This document shows, piece by piece, positions 1 through 12,569 of a DNA stretch of 64,000 nt. Within the stretch, counting starts at the first letter, position 1. Every line of letters starts with the position of its first letter. The notes under the pieces are model-generated. The model ran no database searches. It was not told the origin of the DNA and saw only the letters and a program-made list of their open reading frames with translations. Made by a program: the position numbers and the translations under genes. The stretch covers positions 124,001 to 188,000 of the forward strand of contig JASTWF010000346.1 of the NCBI GenBank assembly GCA_030390025.1, written 5' to 3'. The DNA is from Squalus acanthias (taxonomy: Eukaryota).

Positions 1-1004
1 GACATCGCTGCAGGAGTTCCTCAGGGCAGTGTCCTAGGCCCAACCATCTTCAGCTGCTTCATCAATGACCTTCCCTCCAACATAAGGTCAGAAATGGGGA
101 TGTTCGCTGATGACTGCACAGTGTTCAGCGCCATTCACAACTCCTCAGATAATGAAGCAGTCCATGCCCACATGCAATAAGACCTGGATGATGTTCAGGC
201 TTGGTCTGATAAGTGGCAGGTAACATTTGTGCCACACAAGTGCCAGGCAATGACTATCTCCAACAAGCGAGAGTCTAACCACCTCCCCTTGACATTCAAT
301 GGCATTACCATTGCAGAATCCCCCACCATCAACATCCTGGGGGTCACCATTGACCAGAAATTTAATTGGACCAGCCACATAAATACCGTGGCAACAAGAG
401 CAGGTCAGAGGCTGGGTATTCTGTGGCAAATGTCTCATCTCCTGACTCCCCAAAGCCTTTCCACCATCTACAAGGCACAAGTAAGGAGTGTGATGGAATA
501 CTCTCCACTTGCCTGGATGAGTGCAGCTCCAACAACACTCAAGAAGATTGACACTATCCAGGACAAAGCAGCCTGTTTGATTGGCACCCCATCCACCACC
601 TTAAACATTCATTCCCTTCACCACCGGCGTACCGTGGCTGCAGTGTGTACCATCCACAAGATGCACTGCAGCAACTCGCCAAGGCTTCTTCGGCAGCACC
701 TCCCAAATCCGCGACCTCTTCCACCTAGAAGGACAAGGGCAGCAGGCGCATGGGAACACCACCACCTCCAGGTTCCCCTCCAAGTCACACACTATCCTGA
801 CTTAGAAGTATATTGCCGATCCTTCATCGTCGCTGGGTCAAAACTCCCCACCAAACAGCACTGTGGGAGTACCTTCACCACATGGACTGCAACGGTTCAA
901 GAAGGCGGCTCACCACCACCTTCTCAAGGGCAATTAGGGATGGGCAATAAATGCTGGCCTTGACAGCGACGCCCAGATCCCATAAGCGAATAAGAAAAAA
1001 AAAA
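1..1004 (+). mobile_element. LINE family B (CR1/L2 group), 3' part with RT C-terminus and tail
   Basis: GVPQGSVLGP...MFADD RT motifs; 3' end GGGATGGGCAATAAATGCTGGCC followed by an A-rich tail; contains a stop codon; cut by the window edge. Confidence 0.9.
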
Positions 1005-1100
1005 TATTGGAACTATACTTCCTATCCTTTAGTTCTTGGCTACTTCTCCATTATTAATACATGTCTGAAAAAATTCTAACCACCCCTTGTGTAAAGACAT

Positions 1101-1311
1101 GGGGGTAATTTTAACCTAACTCGCTGGGTGGGATTCCCACGGGATTGGGTGGAACGCTGGTTTTACACCCCGCCCAATATTGCTCTCCGTTGACTTGAAT
1201 GGAGAGTAAAATCGGGCAGGTTAGGTTTTTTATTAGTTCCTGGGATGTGGGCGTCGCTGGTAAGGCCAGCATTTATTGCCCATCCCTAACTGCCTTGTCA
1301 AAATTGCCCCC
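1101..1311. mobile_element. Palindromic MITE (Harbinger-type ends) with an inserted LINE-B tail fragment (~1227-1297, minus)
   Basis: Ends GGGGGTAATTTT...AAAATTGCCCCC; a second copy of the same MITE is at 46029-46209. Confidence 0.65.
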
Positions 1312-2119
1312 TTCTAACCACCCATTCATCCTTTAGTGACTTATCTTAAATTTGAGCCCTCTCTTTACTGTGTTGCCAACCAATGGGAATGGTCTTAACT
1401 CTATTTACCTTATTATAATTTATCATAAAATTAAACACCCTCTATCAAGTCATCCGTAACCTTCTCCGCTGCCCTGAGAAAAGCCCTAACTTCTCAAGTC
1501 TCTTTTCATCACTGTAGTCCCTCATCCTCGTGATTCTATGATGCACCTTTTCCATTGCTTTAACATCTCCCTATAATGAGGTGTCCTAAACTATACATAC
1601 AACCCCAACCAAAGTCTTGTACAAGTTCAACATTACCTCCTTCCTTTTGTGTTGTATTCTTCTAGATACAGATTCGCAAATTCAATATTGTTCTTACAAT
1701 TCCTCATCTAGATAATTAATGGACATGTCCTGTGGGTTTTCTCACGGTGACTCAGAAGTTTAAAAGAACTGGGATGTTATATCAAGAATTATTACTGACA
1801 CTGACGTTTCAGCATTGAGTAGGTCCCTGAGATTAAGAGCACTGGGAAGGGAACCCAGACTCTGCCAGTACTGTGATGCGATCTGTGGGTCTAGCAATGC
1901 TGCTAGATACAAAACCAGAGATTCAGTTTGCCCTTTTTATCGCCTTGTGTATCTATGTAGGACCATTGCAGGGAGCCTTGGTACACTGGTACGGGAGGAT
2001 CTGGGATCTGGGGTGGGGGTGAGGGGGAAACAGAGGCTGAGGAAAAGGATCCGAGGGTCAATTAGGATGGGGGTGGGTTTTGGATCATTGAAGGGCAGAG
2101 TCCGACAGTATTGAAAGAG

Positions 2120-3070
2120 GAGCAGGCTACATATATAGGGCCTTTAAAGTAGGAAAATATCCCAAGGCACTTCACACGAACGTTATCAAACAAAATTTGA
2201 CTCCGAGCCACATGAGATATTAGGATAGGTGACAAAAAAACTTGGTCAAAGAGGTAGGTTCTAAGGAGCATCTTAAAGGAGGAGAGAGAGATAGAGATGT
2301 GGAGAGGCTTAGGGAGTAAATTCCAGGCTGGGGTTACACATTCCTGCTGGATGCTTCTGGCACAAGCTGAGAACATGGAAATGGGAAATCTCCCTTATAG
2401 TTTCCAGAAACTCCCACATCATGTAAATTCCATACAATGTGGTTTTCACTAACCTGGCATAGTAAACGCAGTCAAATGATTTGAACACTGAAATACACTC
2501 CAATTCCAAACTCAAGTTCAGGTCAAACTTTCACTACTCACTCAGCTGCCTTCTCACTCCACTGGCCTCTTGCACTTTGATTTGATCTCATTTGTATTAA
2601 CTTAAATCCTCTCCAAACAACACAACATGCACATGCTTACTAGTTTGGTCTTGCCGCTTCAGGTTCAGTCTTGGTGCCGATTTCCTGTTCTGTCAACACA
2701 TGTTTCCTTATCTTCTCTCAGCAAAATAACTCATTCTGTCAGCCTCTCGCAGCACCAAGTGTTTATTATTTTTGAAGTACAGTCACTGTTGTGATGTAGG
2801 TCAATGTGGTCATAAGGAGGTATTAGGACAAGTGACAAAAAAACTTGGTCAAAGGGGTAGGTTTTAAGGAGCAAGATCCCATGAATAGCAAGTAACCAGT
2901 TAATCCTTCTTTGAATGGTGTTGGCCAAACATCGGGAGAACTTTCAGCTCTTTGAATAGTGCCATTAGGTGTTGGTCCTGAAAATGTGCAGGATGTGATC
3001 CTGAGCATTACACTGGTCTCATGTTCGAGGGTGCCCTCCAGCACTGACTCTGCTGATTTTGAGGGCTGAG
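2120..3070 (-). mobile_element. Degenerate L2-tail and Deu-type SINE fragments
   Basis: Repeated ggtgacaaaaaaacttggtcaaag...aggagca motif near 2228 and 2832; similar to the L2 3' end at 13700-13820 and to the SINE at 21030-21293. Boundaries approximate. Confidence 0.45.
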
Positions 3071-4233
3071 TAGGTGGGCACCTCATTTACTTGGGGCCGA
3101 CAGGTGCCCACGCTACTAGGGATGTATCTCAGATTCCTGCCTGTCCCAGGCTGCTGGAAACTCTGGCGCTTAGCTGCCTTCTTGGAAACCCCATACGTTC
3201 TGCCCCTCATTCCCCTTTGTAAGAGTCCTGGACCCCCACCTCCTAGTGGGACCCACTCCTGCCCTTTTTCAGACCAACACACCTCATCTCTCAATTTCTC
3301 AGCCTCCAGTGTTACGCTCGGACCCTTCTGAGTGTGGCAGGGTGTGCACTGTGCTGCCTGACTGATCCACTGCGAACCTTGGTGGAATTTCCAGGGTCAT
3401 CCTTATGCAAATATTATTCAGGATTCCTGCCTGTGCTTGGGAGCTCGTCATGGGGGAGGGGTTATGAGAAATGGCTGCTGCTGCAGGAGATGGATGCTTG
3501 CAGAATCTTTCAGGGACAGGCAGCCCCTGGGAGCTCAGCAGAGCTTTTCCAGGCACCAATAAATTGGCAAAATCTACCAATGTTGTACTGCCAATCAATC
3601 GTATCTATATTCTTTTGCCATCGAGCTGTTTGTCTTAAATCCATCATTGCCAAAGTGGTAATGATGAAAAATGTGGTGCTTGATGGCCCTCTGACGTACC
3701 ACCTGATGAGAACATACCCGACTGATCTCCCAAGAGGCCTGCTGGTTGGGCACCCCACAGCACTGCTACTGATGCAATTGCCTGACCCTAATATATAAAT
3801 AACCCCATCCCCAGGACTTGGAATGGAGTCATAGCAGGGAGAACATGACAGGCAGAAGTTTGACAATCCATTGGCACCACCAGAATTATTACTCTAGGGT
3901 CTGAGGATCATCTGCCCCCAAGTGTATGTATAATTAATCAGTAATATATGGATTTTTTTTGTCTCTCCAATTTTCCCCCTTCCTCTCCTCTTGAAGATAT
4001 TTATGCCTTGCTGGGGTACAATTCCATGGGTATCACGTGCCCTCTGCTATCTCATCTAAGTGGGAGCTAATTAGTCTGAACAACTGATATTTGATTTACA
4101 TTAATTATTTAATCATCACTATTCTATAAGAACATATTTTGAGAAGAAATTTAGTTCATAATCCCATTAAAGTCATGTTATAACTAGGCTATGATTAGAT
4201 ATCTATCAATAACATTAAATTAATATTTCCCAT

Positions 4234-4859
4234 TGTAAGCTTTTTATTTCGACTGGCATTAAATTGACAGCAAGACCAATTCTTTTGAAACAATTTGGAA
4301 TAAATTTATTAAACACACACACTCATGCACATCAAAACAATAGCCTACTGGTATCCTATGACTCTACTCGATTACAACAGGTAAGGTAATGGGTTAGATT
4401 TACATAGACTTGTACTTCCCTGAGTCAAGCAATGCACACGGCCTTTTTTCCTTGCTTCTTGGTCTGGTCTGTAGAGGGAGGGCTTCCTGCTTTTCCACGT
4501 GGTCATCCAGAGAGAGGGCGAGAGCCTTTGGGTTCCTTATTTTATATCCTTTTAAGTCCATTGTCTCTAGTCTAAATTGCTAAGACCCCAGGATTGGGTC
4601 TTAGTTTCATGGCAGTTCTTGATTGGCTTTCCTTTGAACGTGATTAAGTTAATTGTTTATTAACACCTTTTAATGGCTCTTGAGTTTCGATGGTGTCTCT
4701 GTGGGGGTTATCCTGTTATGCAGGTTTCCTTTGTTAAGTTTTGCGCTGTTGCGTTGAGCAGGGAGATCCATACACATCGAATTCATCTTTATTACATACA
4801 TCTTATATTAATAGTCTCGAGTCCATCACACATACAAAACATATATTTTTATTCTTACA
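4234..4859 (-). mobile_element. Solo LTR (626 bp), antisense to the host gene
   Basis: Inverted ends TGTAAG...CTTACA; 4-bp TSD CCAT (4230-4233 and 4860-4863). On the minus strand, CCAAT boxes (~4593, ~4622), TATAAAA (~4540-4546) and AATAAA (4305-4310) occur in the expected order. Confidence 0.75.
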
Positions 4860-4977
4860 CCATAGGCTATAGAAAGTGTTCTTGGGATGTTTTACTGCGC
4901 TAAAGGCGCTATATAAATACAAGTTGTTGTTGTTCCTAACAGTTGTTATTTCTCAATCTGTTCACTGACTATTGCAG

Positions 4978-5259
4978 GTTTGGGGAGCGAGCCCTGGATT
5001 CAGATGAAGGGATATCATAAAAATGGAATTCAGCTTGTGTGCAAATCCAGTGGATGGTACCCTGAACCGGAGATACAGTGGATTAGTGAGGATGGACATA
5101 ATTTAATACAGGCTGAAACACAATACCACCAGGACTCGAAAGGTCTTGTAAATGTCCAGAGCAACATTGGAATAACAAGAGATTCAACAAACAGGTTCAA
5201 GTGTCTTCTACGGAACAGCCTGTTGAAAACAGAACAAGAAGCAATTATCGGGATATCAG
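4978..5259 (+). CDS. Butyrophilin-like gene, IgC (B7/BTN C-type Ig) exon
   Basis: Acceptor ttgcag|GT at 4977/4978 and donor TCAG|gtttgt at 5259/5260; 282 nt, phase 1-1. Translates GLGSEPWIQMKGYHKNGIQLVCKSSGWYPEPEIQW...RFKCLLRNSLLKTEQEAIIGIS, with the BTN IgC motifs C-x-S-x-GWYPEP-x-x-x-W and C-x-x-x-N-x-L-L. Confidence 0.93.
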
Positions 5260-5676
5260 GTTTGTAAATTATAATGTTTAATCAGTAAAGGAAAAGCTGA
5301 TTTAAATTCTACCATAAATCAAACCATAAGCTTAACTGTCCCCAAGGTGCCCCCGTATGATAGTCCATGAGGTGTTAATACACTGTTATCTTGCTTATCT
5401 CAAACCCATTTATGTCAACATCCCGCGTACGTTGAAAAAAAGTCCCAGTCCCAGTCCCAGTGCCTTCTCTGTATATTTAAATAAAAAACTTGCCATTTAT
5501 GCCGACATTGACAAACTCTGGCCACTTAAGTTGAGAAGTCTCTGACAGCATTAAAGGCTTACGTCATTTACTGCTTATTTTGACACCCGACCTAAACGAA
5601 CAAACTCCTTCACCCTCTTGATTGACTTCTGCAAATTCAATGCAACAAAATTGATAAAATTTGAATGGTCCCCAAA

Positions 5677-5768
5677 CAATGTTTCCCCCTAATTTTTTTT
5701 GGGTGCGTGGTCCCTTTAACGGGCTGCGCGGCGCATTCACAATTTCACACAGCTCAGCAGGAACATTG
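5677..5768. mobile_element. hAT-type MITE
   Basis: Terminal inverted repeats (TIRs) CAATGTT(T)CC...GGAACATTG; 8-bp TSD TCCCCAAA; related copy at 12883-12979. Confidence 0.75.
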
Positions 5769-6019
5769 TCCCCAAAATGTTGGCATAAACGGATAGTAGT
5801 GTATTGGAATTGATTGATTTACATGTACCTATAATAAACACTTATTTATGGAAGCTGTATGATCCTGGAATATTGCCGGAAGTGTGGCGGGGTGAGACTT
5901 CAGGCCAACAGTCTGCCCCAGTACTGACACTGCCTCAAATCCCAGGGAAAGGCTCAATTACATAAAGGGTGAGGCCCCCTCCAATGGGAGAGTAGCAATT
6001 TAGGAACTGAGTGCTGGAA

Positions 6020-7170
6020 CATGAGAAGTTGAGCAAAAGATACTAACAACAGAGATGAGTTGGTTGAGAGGAATATAGAAATGTCCAGGATGTCAAGAAT
6101 CAATAACATATTGGGCCAGAAATTCAGCTTTCAGGCTTCCTGCGGGTGCAAGCATCGCGCGCGTACTTGCCTACCGCGCCTGCCGTTGTGCTCTGGGCCC
6201 ACGAGGACTTCGGCTCCTGGGCCTCCTGCAGCTGCCGGCGCGCAGTGCTTGCGTATCCCAGGGGTGCAGTTAGTTCGAAGCGTCCCCTGGGATCACGTGG
6301 ACCATGGAGAGCCAATCCTAACAGGGCATTTTCATTCATAGATTTGATAGGAAGACCTGTCAAATCTATGAATAAAGATCAGCCCCAAAACCACACTTAA
6401 ACTTCAAATAAAATGTTTTTTAAATCACATTTTTAAAATAACTATAAGTTACATAAATTAACTACTTTAAACAAAAATTTAAATTTTTGAAAAAATTAAT
6501 TATACTTTTTAACGGTGCTAAAAATAAACTTACCTTTCTTTAAAGTATCTAAAAAAGATAAACCTGTTGAAAAAATGTTTAAATTGTAATGAATTAACCA
6601 CTTACCTTGTTAAAAACAGGCCTTGCGCCTCCTTTTTAAAAGTGCAGCTTCTCCATACTTACCCTCCCGGAGAAACCTGAAAAAAAAAACGACGTTCGTG
6701 GGTGCGCGCAGCCTCTCCCGCGCACACGATCGATGTCTGAACCACTCCCTTCAGGGGAACGGAAGTTCTGGTTTCCTGCGCATGTGCAGTGCATGCAGGA
6801 AACCGGCACTTCAGGTGGCCTTACGGGTGAGTACACAGCGCGTACTCACCCGACAAGAGCCGAATTTCTGGCCCAAAACGAACGAAACAACGCTTCTCCA
6901 AAAGATCCAAGAAAGAGGACTGTGATGGTTTGGGCACGTTTCATGAATGGAATCAGCTAGAATACCTTTTGTGGCCCTGAATACAGAGGTACATGGAACA
7001 AGAAGCCCAGGAAGACCAAGGAAGTGCTGGATAGACAATGTCAAGAGTGACTTGTCACAGAAAGAGATTCAAGTGACTGAAGCGGCCAAGCTAGTGAAGA
7101 ACCAACAACAATGGAGTGAATTATTTCAGCTCCATCATTGCTGAGCTGACAGATGTCAATTTAATAGTAG
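6020..7170 (+). mobile_element. RTE-clade LINE 3' fragment split by a MITE
   Basis: Degenerate EMSWLRGI...RINN left of the MITE, then WFGHVS*MESARIP...GTRSPGRPRKCWIDNVKSDL, the typical RTE ORF C-terminus. Confidence 0.65.
6113..6874. mobile_element. Non-autonomous Harbinger/PIF-like DNA transposon (MITE)
   Basis: TIRs GGGCCAGAAATTCAGCT / AGCCGAATTTCTGGCCC (16 of 17 match); GC-rich subterminal arms and an AT-rich core. Confidence 0.7.
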
Positions 7171-7229
7171 TACGAGTACCCATTTCACTGCAAAACCTTT
7201 CCTAATGGCAAACGCTACAATGAAGTATA

Positions 7230-8576
7230 CGAAGAATACAACTGGATGGACCACCTGGCGTCGACCTAGACACCAGACACGAAAAAGGCACACCCAGCCC
7301 GGTCGACCCTGCAAAGTCCTGCTGACTAACATCTAGGGACTTGTACCAAAATTGGGAGAGCTGTCCCACAGACTAGTCAAGCAAAAGCCTGACATAGCCA
7401 TACTCAGAGAATCATACCTTTCAGCCAACATCCCAAACTCCTCCATCACCATCCCTGGGTATGTCCTGTCCCACCCGCCAGAGGTGGTGGCACAGTGGTA
7501 TACAGTCGGGAGTGAGTGGCCCTGGGAGTCCTCAACATTGGCTCCGGACCCCGTGAAGTCTCATGGCATCAGGTCAAACATGAACAAGGAAACCTGCTGA
7601 TTACCACCTACCGCCCTCCCTCAGCTGATGAATCAGTATTCATCCATGTTGAACACCACTTGGAAGAAACACTGAGGGTAGTAAGGGCACAGAATGTACT
7701 CTGGGTGGGTGACTTCAATGTCCATCCCAAGAGTGGCTCAGTAGCATCACTACTGACTGAGCTGGCTGAGTCCTGACTGACCAGTAGCTGCCTGACTGGG
7801 CATGCGGCAGGTGGTGAAAGAACCAACAAGAGGGAAAAACCTACTTGATCTCGTCCTCACCAATCTACCTGTTGCAGATGCATCTGTCCATGACAGTATT
7901 GGTAGCAGTGACCACTGCACAGTCCTTGTGGAGGGGAAGTCCCATCTTCACACTGAGGACCCCCTCCATCATGTTGTGTGGCACTACCACTGTGCTAAAT
8001 GGGATAGATTCAGAACAGATGTAGCAGCTCAAAACTGGGCATCCATGAGGCGCTGTGGGACATCAGCAGCAGCAGAATTGTATTGCACCACTATCTGTAG
8101 CCTAATGGCCTGGCATATCCCGTTACTATCAAGCCAGAGGACCAACCCTGGTTCAATGAGGAGTGTAGAAGAGCCTGCCAGGAGCAGCACCAGGCGTACC
8201 TAAAAATGAAGTGATAAACTGGTGAAGCTACAACACAGGATAGAAACTACAATACATGCTAACCTGCGGAAGCAGCATGCTATAGACAGAGCGATGCGAT
8301 CCCACAACCAACGGTTCAGATCAAAGCTTACAGTCCTGCCATATCCAGTCGTGAATGGTGGTGGACAATTCAAGGGCAGCAGGCACGTGGGAACACCATC
8401 AGCTCCAAGTACCCCTCCAAATCACACACCATCCTGACTTGGAAATATTTCGCCGTTCCTTCATCGTCGCTAGGTCAAATTCCTGGAACTCGCTCCCTAA
8501 CAGCACTGTGGGAGTACTTTCACCACACAGACTGCAGCAGTTCAAGAAGGCAGCTCACCGCCACCTTCTCAAGCGC
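7230..8576 (+). mobile_element. LINE family B, internally deleted copy (endonuclease region joined to 3' end)
   Basis: APE motifs (PDIAILRESYL, YRPP, GDFN, LDLVLTN, SDH) with frameshifts; at ~8370 the sequence jumps to the 3'-end region. Confidence 0.8.
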
Positions 8577-10465
8577 TAGGTGTAAAAGTTCTCGATTGGG
8601 GAAAGGCCAGTTTTACTAAGCTGAGAAGTGGACTGGAAACAGTGACTTGAAGGTCAATCACCATCAGAGCAATGGGAGGCATTCAAGGAGGAGATAGGGA
8701 GGGTCCAGACCAAATATGTTCCCACAAAGAAAAAGGGTGGAACTCCCAAATCTAGAGACCTCTGGATGTCAAGGGGCATACAGGGTAGGATGAGGGGGAA
8801 AAAGGAAGCTTGGGAACTAAATATTCCAGGGAACTTGACTTTTCGAAAAGACAGGCAGAATGGAAAAGGGAGGGTGGTGTAGCCCAGATAATAAAGGATG
8901 GCATAAGGACAGTAGCGAGAAAGGATCTTGGCTCGGAAGCTCAGGAAGTAGAATAAGTATGGGTGGCGATATGAAATAACAAGGGCAGAAAACACAAGTG
9001 GGAGTAATTTATAGGCCCCCAAAGAGTAGCTATACTGTTGGACAGAATATTAATCAACAAATAACAGGAGCTTGTAACAAAGATGATACAATAATCATGG
9101 GGGCTTTAATCTTCATATAGACTGGACAAATCAAATTGGCAAAGGTAGTGTGCAGGACGAGTTCATGGAATGCATTCGAGACAGTTTCCTAGAACAATAA
9201 ATCATGGAACCAACTGGGGAAGAGGCTATTTTAGATCTTGTATTGTGCAATGAGACAGGTTGATTATTAGTTTCATAGTAAAGGATCCTCTGGGGAAGAG
9301 TGATCATAATATGATAAAATTTCACATTGAGTTTGAGAGTGAAATACGTTAGTCAGAAATGAGAGTCTTAAACTTAAATAGAGCCAATTACATAGATATG
9401 AGGGGAGAGTTAAATAAGGTAAATTAGGTTAAAAGGTATGACAGTAGATAAGCAGTGGCAAAAAGAAATGCAGGTATTCCAAAATTCTCATCGAATATAC
9501 ATTCCATTGAGAAATAAAAACTCCATGGGAAAAATGATCCATCTAACGAAAAAAGTTAAGGGTAGTATTAGATTAAAGGAAGAGGCTTATAATGTTGTGA
9601 AGAATAGTAGTAAGCCTGAGGATTGGGAGAGCTTTAGAAACCAGGAACGGATGACCAAATAACTGATAAAAAGGGAGAAAATAGAATATGAGAGTAAACT
9701 AGCAAGAAATATAAAAACAGATTGTAAGAGCTTCTATAAATATGTAATAAGGAAGAGAATAACAAAAGTAAGCGTTGGTCCCTTAGAGGCTGAGACAGGT
9801 AAAATTATAATGGGGAATAAGGAAATGGCAGAGACTTTAAACAAGTATTTTGTTTCTGTCTTCACAGTAGAAGACACAGAAAGCATACCAAACATAGTGG
9901 AGAACCAAGTGGCTATTGAGAGTGAAGAACCTAAAGTAATTATTATCAGTAGAGAAAAAGTACTTGAGAAACTAATGGGACTAGAAGCCAACATAACCCC
10001 TGGACCTGATGGCCTACATCCTGGGGTTCTAAAAGAGGTGGCTGCAGAGGTAGTGGATGCATTGGTTGTGATCTTCCAAAATTCCCTAAATTCTAGAATG
10101 GTCCCAGCAGATTGGAAGGTAGCAAATGTAACCCTGCTATTCAAGAAAGGAGGGAGAGAGAAAACAGGGATAAATAGGCCGGTTAGCCTGACATCAGTCA
10201 TCTGGAAAATGCTGAAATCCATTATTAAGGAAGTAGTAACAAGGCACTTTGAAAATCATAATATGATTAGGCAGAGTCAACGTGGTTTTATGAAAGGAGA
10301 ATCATGTTCAACAAATTTATTAGAGTTTTTTGAGGATGTAACTAGCAGGGTAGATAAAGGGGAACCAGTGGATGTAGTATATTTGGATTTCCAAAAGGCA
10401 TTCGATAAAGTGCCACATAAGAGGTTGTTGAACAAGATAAGGGCTCATGGGGTTATGGGTAATAT
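8577..10465 (+). mobile_element. CR1 LINE ORF2 fragments (endonuclease/linker/RT N-part), degenerate
   Basis: MAETLNKYFVSVFT...PGPDGLHP...YLDFQKAFDKVPH; stops and frameshifts upstream. Confidence 0.85.
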
Positions 10466-11117
10466 GTAGAATCATAGAATGGTTACAGCACAGAAGGAGG
10501 CCATTCAGCCCATCGAGCCCATGCCGGCTCTCTGCAAGAGCACTTCAGCTAGTCCCACTCCACCACCCTTTCCCCATAGCCCTGCAAATTTTTTTCCTTC
10601 AGGTACTTATCCAATTCCCTTTTGAAAGCCAAAATTGTATCTGCCTCCACCACCCTTTCAGGCAGTGCATTCCAGATCCTAACCACTCGCTGCGTAAAAA
10701 AGTTTTCCTCATGTCACCTTTGGTTGTTTTACCAATCACCTTAAATCTTTGTCCTCTGGTTCTCGACCCTTCTGCCAATTGGAACAGTTTCTCGCCATCT
10801 AATCTGTCTAGACCCATCATGATTTTGAACACCTCTATCAGATCTCCTCTCAACCTTCTCTGCTCCAAGGAGAACAACCCCAGCTTCTCTAGTCTGTCCA
10901 CATAACTGAAGTTCCTCATCCCTGGAACCATTCTCGTAAATCTTTTCTGCACCCTCTCTAAGGCCTTCACATCCTTCCTAAAGTGCGGTGCCCAGAATTG
11001 GACACAATACTCCAGTTGAGGCGGAACCAGTGTTTTATAATGGTTCTTCATAATGTCCTTGCTTTTGTACTCTATGCCTCTATTTATGAAGCCCAGCATC
11101 CTGTATGCTTTTTTAAC
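10466..11117 (-). mobile_element. CR1 LINE 3' fragment
   Basis: LEYCVQFWAPHFRKDVKALERVQKRFTRM; short-repeat tail (tagaatcatagaat on +). Confidence 0.88.
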
Positions 11118-12567
11118 CGGACATAGAAAGGCTAGCAGAATGGGCAGACAAGTGGCAGATGAAATTTAATACAGAGAAGTGTGAGGTGATGCATTTTGGC
11201 AGAAGGAACAGGGAGAGGCAATATACACTTAATGGCACAGTTTTAAAGAGTGTGCAGGGACAGAGGGACCTGGGAGTTAATGTGCAGAGGTCCCTGAAGG
11301 CGGTGGGACATATTGAGAGAGAGGTTAACGAAGCATATGGGATCTTGGGCTTCATAAATAGAGGTATTCCATCACACATAACTTCTCTACTTTTGTACTC
11401 AATACCCCTATTTATGTGTGATGGAATACTTTCCACTTGCCTGGATGAGTGCAGCTCCAACAACACTCAAGAAACTCGACACCATCCAGGACAAATTAGC
11501 CCATTTGATTGGCACCCCATCCACCACCTTAAACATTCACTCCCTCCACCACCGGCGTACCGTGGCTGCAGTGTGTACCAGCTACAAGATGCACTGCAGC
11601 AACTCGCCAAGGCTTCTTTTGCAGCACTTCCCAAACCCGCGACGTCTTCCACCTGCAGGTGCATGGGAACACCACCACCTCCAAGTTCCCCTCCAAGTCA
11701 CCAACCATCCTGACTTAGAAGTATATCACCATTCCTTCATCATCGCTGGGTCAAAATCCTGGAACTCCCTACCTAACAGTACTGTGGGAGTACCTTCACC
11801 ACACGGACTGCAGCGATTCAAGAAGGTGGCTCACCACCACCTTCTCAAGGGCAATTAGGGATGGGCAATAAATGCTGGCCTTGCCAGCGATGCCCACATC
11901 CCATAAACAAATAAAAAAAATCACAGAAAGTTAACATGCAGGTACAACAAGCAATTGGGAAAGCAAATGGTATCTTAGCCTTTATCAGAAAGGGATTGGA
12001 GTATAAGAGTAAAGAAGTCTTACTGCAATTATATTGGGCCTTGGTGAGACCATACCTGGGGTACTGTGTACAGATTTGGTCTTCTTCCCTAAGGAATGTT
12101 ATACTTGCCTTGGAGGAAGTGCAACGAGGGTTCACTAGACTGATTCCTGGGATGGGGGGATTGTCCTAGAATTTGAGAGGTCATCTCATTGAAACATATA
12201 AAATTCTTAAAGGGCCTCACAGGGTAGATGCTGGGAGGATGTTTCCCCTGGCTGGGGAATCTAGAACTTGGGGATCACAGTCTCAGAATAAGGGGTCAGC
12301 CATTTAGGGCTGTAATGAGGAGAAATTTCTTCACTCAAAAGGCTGTGAATGTTTGGAATTCTCTACCCCAGAGGGCTGTGGAAGCTCAGTCGTTGAGTAT
12401 ATACAAGACAGCGATCGAAAGAATTTGGATACTAATGGAATCAAGGGATATTGGGATAGTAAGGGTAGGTGGAATTGAGGTAGAAGATCAAGCATGATCT
12501 TATTGAATGGCAGAGCAGGCTCGAGGGGCCAAATGGCCCACTCCTGCTCCTAGTTCTTATGTTCGAA
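11118..12567 (+). mobile_element. Composite: CR1 fragment (11118-11368), LINE-B 3' end (~11415-11920), CR1 3' end (11921-12567)
   Basis: WQMKFNTEKCEVMHFG; LINE-B tail with A-run at ~11910; MQVQQAIGKANGILAFI followed by the CR1 3' UTR. Confidence 0.8.
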
Positions 12568-12569
12568 CA

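Noticed and set aside
1005..4977. IgV or signal-peptide exon of the butyrophilin-like gene
   Set aside because: No frame with V-set motifs (W, D-x-G-x-Y-x-C) and splice sites was found; it is presumably upstream of the window.
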